From Entomortierella parvispora E1425 (Eukaryota; Fungi; Mortierellomycota): a stretch of DNA of 64,000 nt. The notes under the pieces were generated by a model. It ran no database searches. It was not told the DNA's origin and saw nothing but the letters and a program-made list of their open reading frames with translations. Position 1 is the first letter of the stretch. Every line of letters starts with the position of its first letter. The stretch spans positions 744,001 to 808,000 of the forward strand of contig BQFW01000003.1 of NCBI GenBank assembly GCA_020891255.1, written 5' to 3'. Positions 27,956-41,329 of this stretch are shown piece after piece. Position numbers and translations under genes: made by a program.

Positions 27956-29313
27956 ATGCGTTTGTCTTCCGTCTCATTCGCCGTCGCGTCTCTCGTCGCT
28001 TTTGGCACTAGCCATGTTCATGCCTGGGGCGCCGTTGGTAAGTCAAGGTCTTTGTCCAGAGACCCTCTCTCCGCTGACATGATATTTTCTTTTGTTGTCT
28101 CCACATTGGATGAAGCATCTAATTTGTCTCCATCAACTTGTTTTATTATCCCCCGAATGCTCAAAAAAAAGGCCATACCATCACTGGTCAAATTGCTCAA
28201 CAATTCTTGACCGCCCAGACCGCCAGTCAGGTCGAGCAGATCTTGTCGCCTACTTACCAAGGACTCTTGGGCGATGCCGCTCCCTGGGCTGACACGGTCA
28301 GGTACATTTCTGGTTACAAGTAAGTGATCCCTTTTTGAAAATCGGGCAACAATCAATTTTGAAGGCAACATTTTGAATTGGTCCTGCTATCCAAAGTGTA
28401 ACCGTCCTTTACTTCTTTCCTCGTCTCTTGCAGGTGGGCAACTCCTCAGCATTTCATCAACCCGAAAGGTGATGACCCTCCAAACCACTGTGTGATGGAG
28501 TACGTGTACAGCGGTCAAGATAACGTCAATGCCATCTTCAACATGACGGCCACGTTGGTGCAATTCCAGGCCAACCCTCCTACCTCTTCTGAGGATATCC
28601 AGACAAGAGGTGATGCCCTCAAGTTCTTGATCCACTTTGTGGGTGATGTCCATCAACCACTCCATGATTCTACCCGTGAACGCGGTGGAAACGAGGCCCC
28701 CATCAAGTGGGGCAAGACAAAGAACAACCTGCACCACATGTGGGATACTCTCATCTTGACGGTTCGTCCTGTTTTTTTTCCCTCTCTCCTGACTGTTTTT
28801 TCTTCTTTGCTGGACTGATTTTCAAAGAAGACCTCCCTAACACTATTTTCACTTTACCACCATACCACCATTCGGATAAAATAGAAAGATATCGAAGACC
28901 GTTTCAACAACGATCCTTCGGCCTACGTGGCCGATACCCTCTCCCTGATTCACAACTCCTCTGTCTGGTCCTCAGAAATGCCCACCTGGACCGCCTGCGA
29001 CTCTTCCCTGAACAATGTCCAGACCCCCTGGTCCACCACCATTGATACCCTCAAGACCGTTTGCCCCATCGAATGGGCAACGACCCAGAACCAGCAGGAC
29101 TGCACCTACATCTGGCAAAACTACTCTCCCACCAAGGATTACTCGACGACTTATTTCCAGTCTGTCACTGGACCCGCGAACGGCTATTTGCTCCAAAAGT
29201 GGTTGGCCGCTGCGGGTGTCCGCATGGCCACTCTTTTGAACGAGATTTTTGACCCCACCGCCGCGCCTCCCCTTTCCAAGCGTGGCATTTCCCGCCTGCC
29301 AAAGGAAGTTTAA
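27956..29313 (+). CDS. Secreted S1/P1 nuclease
   Basis: Signal peptide, then WGAVGH, WADTVR, HFINP, LKFLIHFVGDVHQPLH and NLHHMWD (Zn ligands intact). Four introns. Confidence 0.95.
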
Positions 29314-29493
29314 AGGCGCAATTCCATTCACCACGAGAGCCGCCAGAGTGAACCGTCCTCTCTTTCTCCAATCTCAATATATCAATATTTATATCCACTG
29401 CCAATTATTGCGGGGACGTGTTTTTGTTTTTTGTTTTTATTTTATTTTTATTTTTATTTTTTTCATGTGTGGTGAGCAGACAGACCTTGCACA

Positions 29494-32400
29494 TCAATCG
29501 TCCTCGTCATCAAAGATATTCACTAGTGGACTAGACTGCCGTTGGGAATGACTGCCTCCAGTACTTCTAGACGGCTGACCTGATGCTGAGGGTCCAAATG
29601 CTCTACCACTTGGTCGATTTGAAGTCGATGACGGCCGATTTGTGCCTGGAGCGCCTGGTTGTGACACACGTGTTTGAGGCTGAGGACTATGTCCTCGAGA
29701 ATGAGATCCACTGCGACTACTGGGTATCCTGGACTCTCCAACCGAGAGCAAACGATCCCGGTCAGCATCTCCGTGGGAAGAACGAGGCTGCTGCTGAACA
29801 GACGCAAACATCAAGGCGGGTCCACTTCGGGCTGCTGACGCAAACCGATCCGGCCGATAACCTTGTCCTCCTGCGGTCAGTGAAGGGGGATGCGAGTCAT
29901 GTCCGGTGCTTTCTGTACTTGAGCGTGCGCCGTCATTGTCGATCAGATTGGGTGTATCGGCCCCCTCTAACGCAATGGCTTGCTTGGGCTTTATGATTTT
30001 TTGCCAAATCGATTTCAGAGGCCCAGGCTCTGAAGAGCTTGGTGGATCGAGCGCAGCAATATTCCTCTGAGAGTTCCTTGTGGATGAGTTTCCAAGGCGA
30101 CTAGGCGTCTCAAAGGATCCACGAACGCCTCCTACATTTGCTCCCCCGGTACCAAAGTGATCCATGGAATCCCGTCGACCAAATCCAGCAAATACACTGC
30201 TACTATCATCGTCATCTGTCGAATCGTCAAAATATGCATCGCCGTAGGGCCGCTGGCTAGAGCCACTTGGATGAGGACGCACATCACGCCATGCATTTGC
30301 ACTAGAACCATCGCCTAAAACTCCGTGGGATGGCCCGTGTGCGTCACCTCGTCTCCTGCTCTTATTGGTATTATATGTCTAGGTAAATTCAGAAGATAAC
30401 ATTAGTAAGTGGGAAAATGGGGCCGTCAAAGTTGAACCACTGTGCGAGCATAAAGCTCCAAGAGACACTCACCTCAAAAGCGGCCCCGCGTCTGGCTGTG
30501 AAATCACGGTTCACGCCGGACCGATCTGGCATCAACCGCCTCTCTTCATCTCTACGAGCTATTTTGCACAATGTGAATAAACTATTAGTAAACAGAAAAA
30601 CCATATATCCACTGATGAGCTGCATCATGGTTGGCAACATACCGTCTTTCAGAACTTGCTGACCTTCCTCCAAGTCTCCGCCAATACCACCTTCATCGTC
30701 GTCATTGTCGAAAAAGTTGTCCGAGATGCTGCAAATAGCAAACATCTTTGCAAAGACGTTGAATAGGGTGATGAGGGTAGGGACAAGAATAACATAGGGC
30801 ATGTAGTAATTGAATTCACCCAAGAACGGCACCATGTCGATCTTTCCCATGTACTATACGGTTTCAAAGATTCAAGAAGGGTGGGTTAGAATCTAGAAGC
30901 TGGAACGGTACACCAAGGATCATATCGTGTAGTCGTACCTGAGCAAATATGGTGCTGTCTTCCTTGCCAATAGTGGAGATGGTCAAATAGTTGTAGACCA
31001 AAGGGAACCTACGACCAAAGGGTAAAGAGTTAGCCAAAGCACATAGCTGGATTTTCTTGCATCACCGTCTTGTTGATACTCACGTGAGTCGGCAAAGGTA
31101 CGATCCGATAAACAGTAATGTTGGTTCATCCGTGTGGTGGTTCGGTACAAGAACATAGTTGTTCAGTAGCTTCATCTTCATCAATGTCGTGTAAGCGCAT
31201 GTACACATGTAACACATCGTAAGGAAACTGATGGCCTCGATCGAACCATAGGATACGTTTTGCCTGGCTATTTGGACCAGCAGTCCAATGACACTAAGAA
31301 TTGGATTGACGTTTTGGTATGTCATCTCGGACCAGACGATCAAAAGGGAAAGTGCTGCACAAATCACCGATGCAGATTTCAACAAGACTGGGCGAATATT
31401 CAAGTGCCAGTGCCACTCCAATGATAACCTCCAGTCTTTTGGTTTTGAGCCCAAAGGTCGCAGCGTGGATCGAAATTTCCTATGGGAACGAGATTGTTCA
31501 AAGGTGAGATGTTGTTCGGCACCCCCCTATTTTTTCAAAGGCAAAGTTTGGCAAAGGCGATAAGGTGCTTCGGGGCTTACTTCTCGGGATTATCCGCATT
31601 TTCCTGAATATCCTGTGCCAAGAATCCCGCTTTGAGCAGATCGTGCCAAATGCTATGTGTGCAACAAACAAAGCGTGTCAGCCAGCTGGACAAAAGCCAC
31701 TCGTCCTCCGCTTTGACAACCCAAGCCGAGACGAGATCGCCACTTCCGACACGAGATTGACCACAAAAACAATATATAAAAATTCCCCCACTTACGCCGT
31801 CCATCTGTCCTTCATCCGCAGTGCCCTCTTGATTCGAGCATGTAGATCTGCCAAATATTTCTCTGTGATGATTGCTGGAACCAAGCCATCCATTGAGTGT
31901 TTGCGAGCAGCAATACCACCGACAAGTGCCGGCCGTGTGGGTGGTCCAGAGGTGGCTCCGCCTGTGTTTGCTCCTCCTGCGGCGTCATTTCTAGGAATTG
32001 GAGATGATGTCCTGCTAGACTCAAACTGTACGCCTCGGACTGCCGGGAAATCCGCTACCATTCTGTCGACATGGACTCGCAGCGGATCGGAAAGCTGAAG
32101 CTTGTGGCAAACCACAGAAAGTTCCTATCACAAGCACGAGAGGAATGAGTCGTTGGTACACCTCTGTATTTTTTTTTGGGGGCAATAGGGGGTTGATAGT
32201 GTCTCTGCAAGAAAGCATGCATATCACTGGTCCTGCATATCTGTCCATCTATCCCTACCTTTGCCACACTCAGCACTTCATCCTCTGTATCCTGACGCTT
32301 GTCCTTGACAACACTTGCTTTAAAACTGATCCTTCGAAGCTCTCTGGCATTGTCGCCCTGGTGCCAGAGTCTTCTGGGCACATCGACCATTCCATAGCCC

Positions 32401-33208
32401 ATGAAAATGACAACAAGGATCAGCCCCCAGCTGTTACTCAAGGCCATGATATAAGCGCGCAGATTGCTTGTTCCCTGCGCATACCAGACATACACGAGAC
32501 CCAGCAAAGCGATGGATCCCACGACGAGCTGGTATAGAATGTTGTAACGAACGGCGCTCCTGATCCTCTTCATCACTGTGAACTCGCCCGATTGAGTGTA
32601 GGCTTGCAGCAGCGGGATCAAGGCCCTGCAGAGGTGCACATGAGAAGAAGAGAACGGGAGAGAAAAGAGAGAGAAAGAGGAGGATGTCAAGTTAGAGACT
32701 TGCCCTGAAGCGGCGCCATGGTTTTTCTTTTTTTTTTTTTTTTTTTTTTCTGCATGGGCCATGGGCCAGCACACTGTTCTTTACCATGTAAGTGCAAAAC
32801 TGCACCAGTAGATTGTCCTCCATGCAGCGACGAGGAACTCGCTCGAGACGTACATGAGCGGCGGATTGCATAGAACTTCTTTGCATCCTTGAAAGAGAGT
32901 CTAGTCAGTCGGTCAAGTCAGTTGTTGTGGGGTCAGTCGGTCAGTCAGTTGGCGGCAACCCCATAGGAATGTTGATGCATGCATGCATGCAAAAAGTAAC
33001 GCTGCAAAGACCGGTCCATGAATGAATGAATTACCGAAGAGAGGTCCAGAGGCACCAAAACCACGATGGAGAAGGGGAAGAACCATGAGACGTAGGCGAT
33101 GAGGCTCACGTACCAGGCGTGCTCGGCTCTGTTGCCAAAGTAGTTGAGCAGCCCTGCCACGAGGGCAATCAGGGTGATTGCACCGGCGACCAGCGAGAGG
33201 ACTGCCAT
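29494..33208 (-). CDS. LMBR1-family multi-pass membrane protein (LMBRD2-like)
   Basis: Motifs VSWFFPFSIVVLVPLDLSS, IPLLQAYTQSGEFT..RIRSAVRYN, SNSWGLILVVIFMGYGMVDVPRRLW, YLCRLTFPLVYNYL and MGKIDMVPFLGEFNYYMP, with an S/G-rich C-terminal tail. Many introns. Confidence 0.9.
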
Positions 33209-33315
33209 GGGATGCAAGGGTCTATGCTGCGGGATGCCAATGCGGGGGGATAGGAGATGTTGGCCAAAAGAGAGAGAGAGCGGAGAGTAAAGAGGAGAGG
33301 AGAGGAGAGCAGCGA

Positions 33316-33350
33316 AGGGAAGGGAAGGGAAGGGAAGGGAAGGGAAAGGG
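33316..33350. repeat. (GGGAA)n pentamer repeat
   Basis: Read directly. Confidence 0.85.
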
Positions 33351-33628
33351 ACGAGAGCAGAAGGAAGCCAAGGAAGTGAATGAAGAGAAATGTAAAGCGA
33401 AGGAAGAAAGAAAACGAATCTATTCCGTGGCTGTTTGCATGGCCTGGATCACCCCTCTTTTTTTATGGGTCGAGTCTTCTTTTGGTGGCATGCCATGACC
33501 CGGCCTGTTGGGTGTGTGTCTTCTCGGTCGGTCTACTGTCTCTGGATCCGGGTCCTCCTTCTCTGCACCACTCCCTCCAAGAGGATCATGTATCAATGGT
33601 CCTTTATCGACAAACGGTCTATCTATTC

Positions 33629-34018
33629 CTACAGATCGCTAGCTTTCGTGTTGCGGAGGTAAAACAGCACGTCCTGCTCAGTCATCCGTGGTGTCCAGCC
33701 GTGCCTGAGTGCTTTCGAGCCAGCATCAATATACCCCATGAAGACCTCGGTCGGGTGCACTTGGAAGTACTCGGCAATGGTGGAGAATGCCACGTCCTGG
33801 TGGCGCATCTCGGCCAAGAGCATGTCTTTGGGCGACACGCCATGGAACTCGTAGACAGGGGTTGGAATGAACTGCGCTTCGGTTGGTCGATCCGGATGCA
33901 ATGAGCTCTGACAGCGACGGGTCCATGCAGCCTGAGGGTATACACGGCGGTAGGGACTGATCCTGGACGAGGCGCCGAAGCCGAGTTTGGAAATCAACGA
34001 TATCCGTGGCATCATCAC
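33629..34018 (-). CDS. Hypothetical protein, possibly with a mitochondrial presequence
   Basis: 129 aa ORF. R/S-rich, acid-free N-terminus, then a globular-looking segment (DVAFSTIAEYFQVHPTEVF..GWTPRM). No family recognised. Confidence 0.35.
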   Translation of the reverse strand: MMMPRISLISKLGFGASSRISPYRRVYPQAAWTRRCQSSLHPDRPTEAQFIPTPVYEFHGVSPKDMLLAEMRHQDVAFSTIAEYFQVHPTEVFMGYIDAGSKALRHGWTPRMTEQDVLFYLRNTKASDL

Positions 34019-34155
34019 AAGGGTCCGAAAGAAAGAGTGAAGTTGCGTTGAAGAGACGGGGATGTGATTTCAATACAAAGAGGCGCGTCGATTTCTTTGA
34101 ATAATTTATTCATATCCCTTGTTTTTTATTCTTTGTGCATTCCTCGCCCAGTCTC

Positions 34156-35885
34156 TCAAACACGAACCTCCTGCAACACATTCAACAGCTCAAAGTCGGT
34201 CGTGTCCTGGTTGATGGCCCAGAGCATCACGCCTCCAAGGTTCTTTTGTTTGGCAAAGTCGACCTTCAGTTTCAGTGACTCGCGATCGTCGTAGCTAATA
34301 AATTGCTTTGTCACTGGGTTGAACAACCACGGTGTCTGTGACTCCTCGTCAAACTTGCGCACCCAAGGAGCACGGGCATTACCATTGGCATCAATCACGC
34401 CTTGCTCTCTCAAGTTCTTGTACTTCCACACACCAGAGTAAGCTGCAGTCTTCTCACAAGGGTCCGTCCACAACCCATCGTTGTTGTCTCCGATCGGGAC
34501 CTTCTTGTCAAAGGGTGCCGCCATCGATTGAGCAGAGGTCATATCTCTCTTGGTGATCAACGACCGACCGTAGAAAGGAACGCCCATGTTGATCTGCTCT
34601 GGGGGGAAACCTGCATTGATCCATGCTTCTGCTCCTCCAACGTAGGTCAAGCCAGAACCTTCCAAGGGAGCGTTCGCGCCGGTGACCGTTCCCCAAGACC
34701 CATTGATGTCGTAGGCCATGACGTTGATGTGGTTGACAACCTTACTAAACTCGCTCACGTCCTTCATCGGGCCATCGGGTCCGTCAAAGGGAACAATTCG
34801 AGTGGCCAGTGAGATTTCAAGACCTTCTCCGTTTGGAAGATCGTTCATCGCGGCTCGGAGTTCGCGAAGAAGCTTCAAAAAGTTTTTGGAGTCGTTTTGT
34901 TCATCAAACTTGTTACAGGCGCTGCCCAGTCGGCCAGGATACTCCCTTCGAGCGTACAAAAGTGATCAATGAATACAAGTTAATAGGAGGCTCATGGCTG
35001 TCGATGCGTATACAATAAGAAGAACTAATAGATACACCACATACCAGTCAATGTCAATACCATTGAGATCATACTCCTTAATCATGTTAATTGCGCCATC
35101 GACAAAAGTCTTGCGACCTTGCTTAGATGCAGCAAGGGGACTGAAGTACTGTGATCCTGTCCATCCTCCAATGGACATCAAGACCTTGACGTTGTTGGCA
35201 TGCGCACCTTTGACAACTCGCTTCAACAAATAGTCTGTCTCAAACACGGGCCTGAAGTCGGGCGTAACAATCGAAAAGGCATAGTTGACATGCGTCACCT
35301 TATTGAAGGGAATGTCCTCTGGGGGCATCGTAGCCGAAGTCCAGTCTGTCCAATACGCCACCACCATCTTTTCCTTTCGTCCTGCAAATGGCATGACATT
35401 GTCCCTATTCTTCCTGCCATCCTGATCCTTCTTTTTCTTGTGGTCCACAATCTCCTCGACCTCGTCATGGTCAGGTTCGCGCTCCTTAGTGCCTGATGGG
35501 GGTGGGCTGTGCTGCTCCTCAGGGACAACAAATGGGGTTTGATTTTCTTTGATCTGGACATGATCATCCTTGGCTTTGTCTAGCGTCAGTGTGTGCGTTT
35601 TTTGTCAGAAGACAGCTGTGGAGCCAAGGACCTATTTGATCTATGATTTGACGTGAAGACTATACCTTCGTGGCCTCGGTAAGGAACATGGGGGATGGCA
35701 TCTGCAGCTTTGTCATGAGCATTATGATGATGGTGGTGGTTGTTCGTTTTCTCTCGAACGTGGACCTTGTTTGATCCATGGATCTTGGCATCGTGGTGGT
35801 GTTTTCCCTCTCGTTGATGGGCGTCCGTCAGGGCAATCAACGATAATCCCAAAGAGAGGATGCAAAGAGTAGTGGGGATCTTCAT
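34156..35885 (-). CDS. Secreted GH18 chitinase with His-rich N-terminal extension
   Basis: Signal peptide MKIPTTLCILSLGLSLIALTDA, then VVAYWTDW, THVNYAF, KVLMSIGGW, catalytic NGIDIDW|EYPG (spliced), INVMAYDING and GGVMLWAINQD. Two introns. Confidence 0.95.
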
Positions 35886-37512
35886 GACTGATTGAGTATC
35901 GGGGAGGGGTTGAAAGAGTGGTGAAGAAGGTGGACAAGTTGAGAAACCATCTGGCAGGTCGAGAACAGACGACCAACCTAGACGATTTGAATATGATCCA
36001 AGGTGCATTCCCGGCATTCACCCGCACAAATGTCGCGTTTTTCCCGATGTGCCCCTTTTTTTCATATACCTGTGCCTAGTTTGAAAAGACCCCACCCTCC
36101 TCGACGCGGAACGAGTTGCAAAGAAGCCACCGGATGACCATCCACTGTGCGCCAAGGCACAGCTCGTTGTGTCCCTTCATTGTTCTTGTCACTGGAAGCT
36201 GTTGTCATCCTAGTTTTCAAGTCGGCGACATCATACCCCACCACTGGTGCCTGCTTTAAAGTCCCTCTTAATCAATGCATGGGCTCCCCTCACTCTTCTC
36301 CCTTCTCCCCATTTTTCCGGATTCGCAGTAGTCTGACGCTTGCAGTTTTGCTGGCAAAAAAGGACTGGCCCTTGGACCAGCCAGTTGGGAATCCTTTGGG
36401 GCTTTTGTTTGTGCTTGTCAATGAAGAGGTGATTCGTCGTGATACAAAGCTACCGGTGCGACTCTCCCTGGTGCTCTCGCCGGGATCCCTTCATAAGGGA
36501 AGAACTTCACGTCTTTGAGTTCATCATCTCCCGTCCTTTTTAAATTCAAAGCCTCCTGAATGTCGACCCGGGTCGTAAAACGTCATAGGCTTTGCGCGCA
36601 TTCTTTTTCTCGGACTGACCGAGTGTACTTTCTTTTATTTCCCTTTGTTTGACCCTTTGTTTGATCTCGATGGAGTGCAATTTCAGACTTGGCCTGGGCA
36701 CCACGCACAGCACCCGAGTGTCATCATGGCCTTGAACCCAAACTTATCGTATTGTATGTTTTGTGTGCACACTGAGTGTGCGCATTGCGTTGCTTTGCTC
36801 AGGTGCCTTTTTTCATGTGTCTTGTGCAGTGCAGTGTGTTTTGTAGGTGTTTTGTGTGGGTGTTTTGATTGCCTGTCTTCTCGCCACAGGTGGCAGGGCT
36901 ATGTGGTACAGTGTGGTGATGATCTCGATTCCTATGGCCCTGGATGCTGCTTTTGCCCCCTCCTTAAAGTGCCCCCTCGATTTTTACTTGAATGCCCTTC
37001 TCCCCAGCATTCCAAAATCATCCTCCTGGCCTCTGCTTCCGTGATCTTCCTTGAGGCTTTTTTCCCCCTCTCTTCCCTTGCATCTCTCCCATCCCATTTC
37101 CTCATGATATCACACGAACGAGCACTTCTTTTCCCCATAATTGCAAGTTTGCAACTGAAAATATCGCCTTAGGGGATCACACGGAGTCGTTTCGTTCTAT
37201 GCACAACGTGGTTCATGCTTTGGTGCCAACTGGAAAGCGCGCACCCGATCCTTCCGATGAGTTTTGCTCTTCCGATGATGACTCCTTTGCTATTGCTGTT
37301 GATCCAATGGTGCTCGATTCCTTCAATGGGCTGTTTGCTGGCTCTTTGTCTATAAAAGAGACCATCAAAACTGTTTTTTTCATCAAAAGCCAAAAACACC
37401 TACCTTATTTTTCTCATTCACCTTCCTCTCTCTTCCTGTCTCCTCACGACACGAACAGAGTCACAAACTCCCCACTTTTCTCACTCCAGGAACCATACCC
37501 TAACTCTCCATC

Positions 37513-39494
37513 ATGATGGCCAATAACGAACAAGTGAAGGCGGCCGCCGCCCTCGCCGCCGCTCAAGCCAAAAAGGCCGCTGAGCACAACACGGAAACCC
37601 TTCTTGAGCCCACGACCGCACCTACCAACGGAGGTGGACCCCTCGGACAACTCCAATCGACCTCTGCGACATCCTCCACCCATACCCTCGCCAGCGAGCA
37701 CTCACATCACTCCTCGACTCATTCGCATCAAACGGTCCTGCCTCATCACCCTCAACAGTCCCACCCGGGTATTCACCACAGGGCCTACCACCCCGATCCC
37801 GAGGTTCTTTATCACGACAGTGGAATCGACTACAACCATGTGTTGATGAACCGCAATGCCTCTGCTGCCAAGTGCTACGAAGATGCGTTGAGATACGAAC
37901 CTGGAACCATCATTTCATCCGCCGGAGCGTTGGTGACGAGCTCTGGCAAGAAGACTGGTCGTTCACCCAAGGACAAGCGTATTGTTGACGAGCCTAGCAC
38001 CAGCAACGATATCTGGTGGGGACCCGTCAACACAAAGTTGAGCGAGCACGCATTCTTGATCAACCACGAACGTGCAGTCGACTACCTGAACACGAGAGAG
38101 AGACTCTATGTCTTTGACGGTTACGCAGGTTGGGACCCCAAGTACCGGTAAGAAATCCATATTCTCTTCAGGAAGCTGGTAGTTGTTGGATCGGACCACT
38201 TGACTGACTTTTTAATTATTTTTTTTTGGCGATCTGCAGAATCAAGATCCGTGTGGTCTGTGCGCGTGCGTACCATTCGCTCTTCATGAGAAACATGTTG
38301 ATTCGCCCCACGGACGACGAACTCGAAGATTATGGTGAGCCTGATTTCACAATCCTCAACGCTGGTGCTTTCCCCGCCAACAGGTACACCACTGGAATGA
38401 CCTCCACCACTTCGGTCGCCATCAACTTCCGTCGAAAGGAGATGGTCATCCTGGGAACTGAGTATGCCGGAGAGATGAAGAAGGGTGTCTTCACCATCAT
38501 GCACTACCTCATGCCCAAGGCTGGGGTGCTCTCCTTGCACTCGTCTGCTAATCAGGGTGAGGATGGAGATGTGTCCCTCTTCTTTGGACTCTCGGGTACC
38601 GGCAAGACCACTCTCTCCGCTGACCCCCGTCGCCATTTGATCGGAGACGATGAGCACTGTTGGTCCGATACTGGTGTCTTCAACATTGAGGGAGGCTGCT
38701 ACGCAAAGTGTATTGATCTGACTGAGGAGAAGGAGCCCGAGATCTTTGGTGCTATTCGCTACGGAGCAGTGTTGGAGAATGTGGTTCTGGATGAGGACAC
38801 TCGACAGGTTGACTACAACGATTGCTCCTTGACCGAGAACACCCGCTGTGCTTACCCTATTGAGTACATCCCCAACGCGTTGATCCCTTGCATTGGAGGT
38901 CACCCCAAGAACATTATTCTCTTGACCTGTGATGCCTTTGGAGTCTTGCCTCCCGTCTCCAAACTGACTCCCGCCCAGGCCATGTACCACTTCATCTCGG
39001 GCTACACTGCCAAGATTGCAGGTACAGAGGAGGGTGTGACAGAGCCAGAGGCCACCTTCTCGGCCTGTTTCGGCCAACCGTTCTTGGTCTTGCATCCAAC
39101 AAAGTACGCGACCATGCTGGCCGAGAAGATTGAACAACACAAGAGTGATGTCTGGTTGATCAACACTGGCTGGAACGGTGGTGCCCATGGATCTGCCAAC
39201 GGATCCCGCATCTCCCTCAAGTACTCGCGGGCGATCATTGACGCGATCCATGCCGGAGAGCTCAAGGATGAGAACCAGGTCGAGTTTGTAAGGGACCCGG
39301 TCTTTGGATTGGCGATTCCTACCCGTGTCAGGAACGTGCCTGATCATGTCTTGAACCCCAAGCAGGCCTGGGGTCGAGAGACCGCGGCCTTTGATGCCAC
39401 GGTCAACAAGCTTGCAACCTTGTTCACGGCCAACTTTGAAAAGTTTAAGTCTGAGGCTTCAGAAGAGGTTCTCATGGCCGGTCCCAGGGTCTAA
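37513..39494 (+). CDS. PCK1: Phosphoenolpyruvate carboxykinase (ATP)
   Basis: Exons 37513-38147 and 38240-39494. Motifs [61 protein letters not shown] and FSACFGQPF. Confidence 0.98.
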
Positions 39495-41329
39495 GCCTAT
39501 CAAAATTAATCGTGTCAGCCCCTGCCATGGCTATCATAGAAAATAAAGAATAGAAAGAAAAAAAGCAAGATCTCGATGCTATGAAATGCCACCAAACCCG
39601 GGTTTTGACCTTCATTTCGAGATATCCAAACCGTATTGACCATGCTTTGTATCTATCTTTGTTTTCCCTGATCATAAATGACCGCCGTCCACAGGGTAGA
39701 AGCCGGATCTCACGCCAAAGGCATCTCTTCGAAAAGGCATCCTCTTCAGCATGCGAAGTGGGCAAAGTCCTTTTTCCTGACTGCCTTGTTGGCTTGTAGC
39801 GGTTCCCACGCAAACAAAAAAAGGAATGCTGCTAATTCGCATGCGACATGGTGAAATGCAACCACCTCCATCTGATCCTCCATTCTCGCAAGTTCCTGCA
39901 TTCATTGTCCATTCCATTCCACGACTCTGCGTCGCCGAGAACTTTAGAGACAGAGCTGGCACTTCATACCAGATGTTGGATGCTCTATTTCTCTCTCTCT
40001 TTCTCTCTCTCTCTCTGGCTTGTCAGCCAATCAGCGACTCGCAAGCCAGTTGTCATCGACAGTGCGTGAAAAGGACGGCCATTGTTACATGGCGAGAATG
40101 ACCCGGACGCACTCGATGGATGTCCGCTGCTTTTTTGTGTTTATCTGCTTCGCCTTTTCCCCCTTCTCTCTTTTTCGCTTCTCCTTCACCCCCACCCGCC
40201 CTTCCTCTCCCAGTCCACCACCACCATCACCACCACCACCACTCCCAGTCCATCTCCACCCACTATCCACCTTCACTTTCACACTCCACAGGGATCACGG
40301 TCCGTCCACGCCCATGACCCAAGGTTGCACCACACTCGCGTTAGTCTACATTCAGACACGAGAGCACAGCTCGCGCTTTTAAGGTATTTTGAAATCCAGC
40401 CAAACAAACACAGCCTGGCCATACACTTTGATCCCTTTCAGTCTCTGACGCCCCCTGCATGCTGCGTTCCTTTTCCCGTTCCCTCTTTTCTTTTGCAGCA
40501 CTGCCAGCCTGCGGGTAGCAGACCACGTTGCTTAGCCGAGTCTCGGTCGCTGTTCGTTTCGTTGCCACCTGTGCAAGCTGACTTTGTGAGGCGCAGGCCT
40601 TGCAGAGCGCCTCTCTGCCCTCCAAGGTCTTCAAGACTCTGCCTCCCTGGCAGATGGCTGTGCCCTTTGGAAAGAAGCTCTTTCCCTTTGGTACCTTCCG
40701 CACTTCAAGAACGTTTCTTGCCCAGAGTGGTCCGGGTTTGAGTGCAACCTCCCAAGCACACAAGTTCCACCTCTGAGCAAGCAAGGCCACGCTCCCTGCC
40801 TTCAAGACCAGCTGTGCCTCGGGGGACTCTACAGCAAGACCACTCTCTGGAGCATGCTCGGCCCTCTCAAGCCCTCTGCGTGCCACTCTTCCAAGGCGCC
40901 CTCCTCCAGAGCACCCTCCCTGGCTGTGCTTCCTGGCCGTGCCACTGCCCGTTTCGCGTTTGGGTCAACAACGAAAAGCAGTCCCACGTCCGCTGTGCCC
41001 CTTAAAATTGGCCAATCCGTCCTGGCCATCGACGCGTCTGTCCATCCATCTCTCCAAGGCCTGGGAGACAAGTGCGCGCCTTCCATCCAGTCAAGATTCT
41101 GTCAAGAGACCGCTGCCGCCTCCTTGCGGTGCCTTTCTCTTCAACGGCAGTCATCTCACGCCCTTGTCCGAGGACATGATGCCGCCAACAAGTTACACTG
41201 TGCCTGGTCGGTTGCCTAGAAGCTTGAAAAGGTACGAAAGTATGGCAGTAGGTAGCGCTTCGGGGCAAGGTGTCTGCAAGCGCCCATGCGGATTCAATGA
41301 TGAATTGGAGATCTCGAAGTGAGGGAAGT

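Noticed and set aside
38121-39347. 408 aa antisense ORF over PCK1, and similar shadows over other genes (CAND1, chitinase, ankyrin exon)
   Set aside because: Expected stop-poor antisense frames from codon bias in well-expressed genes.
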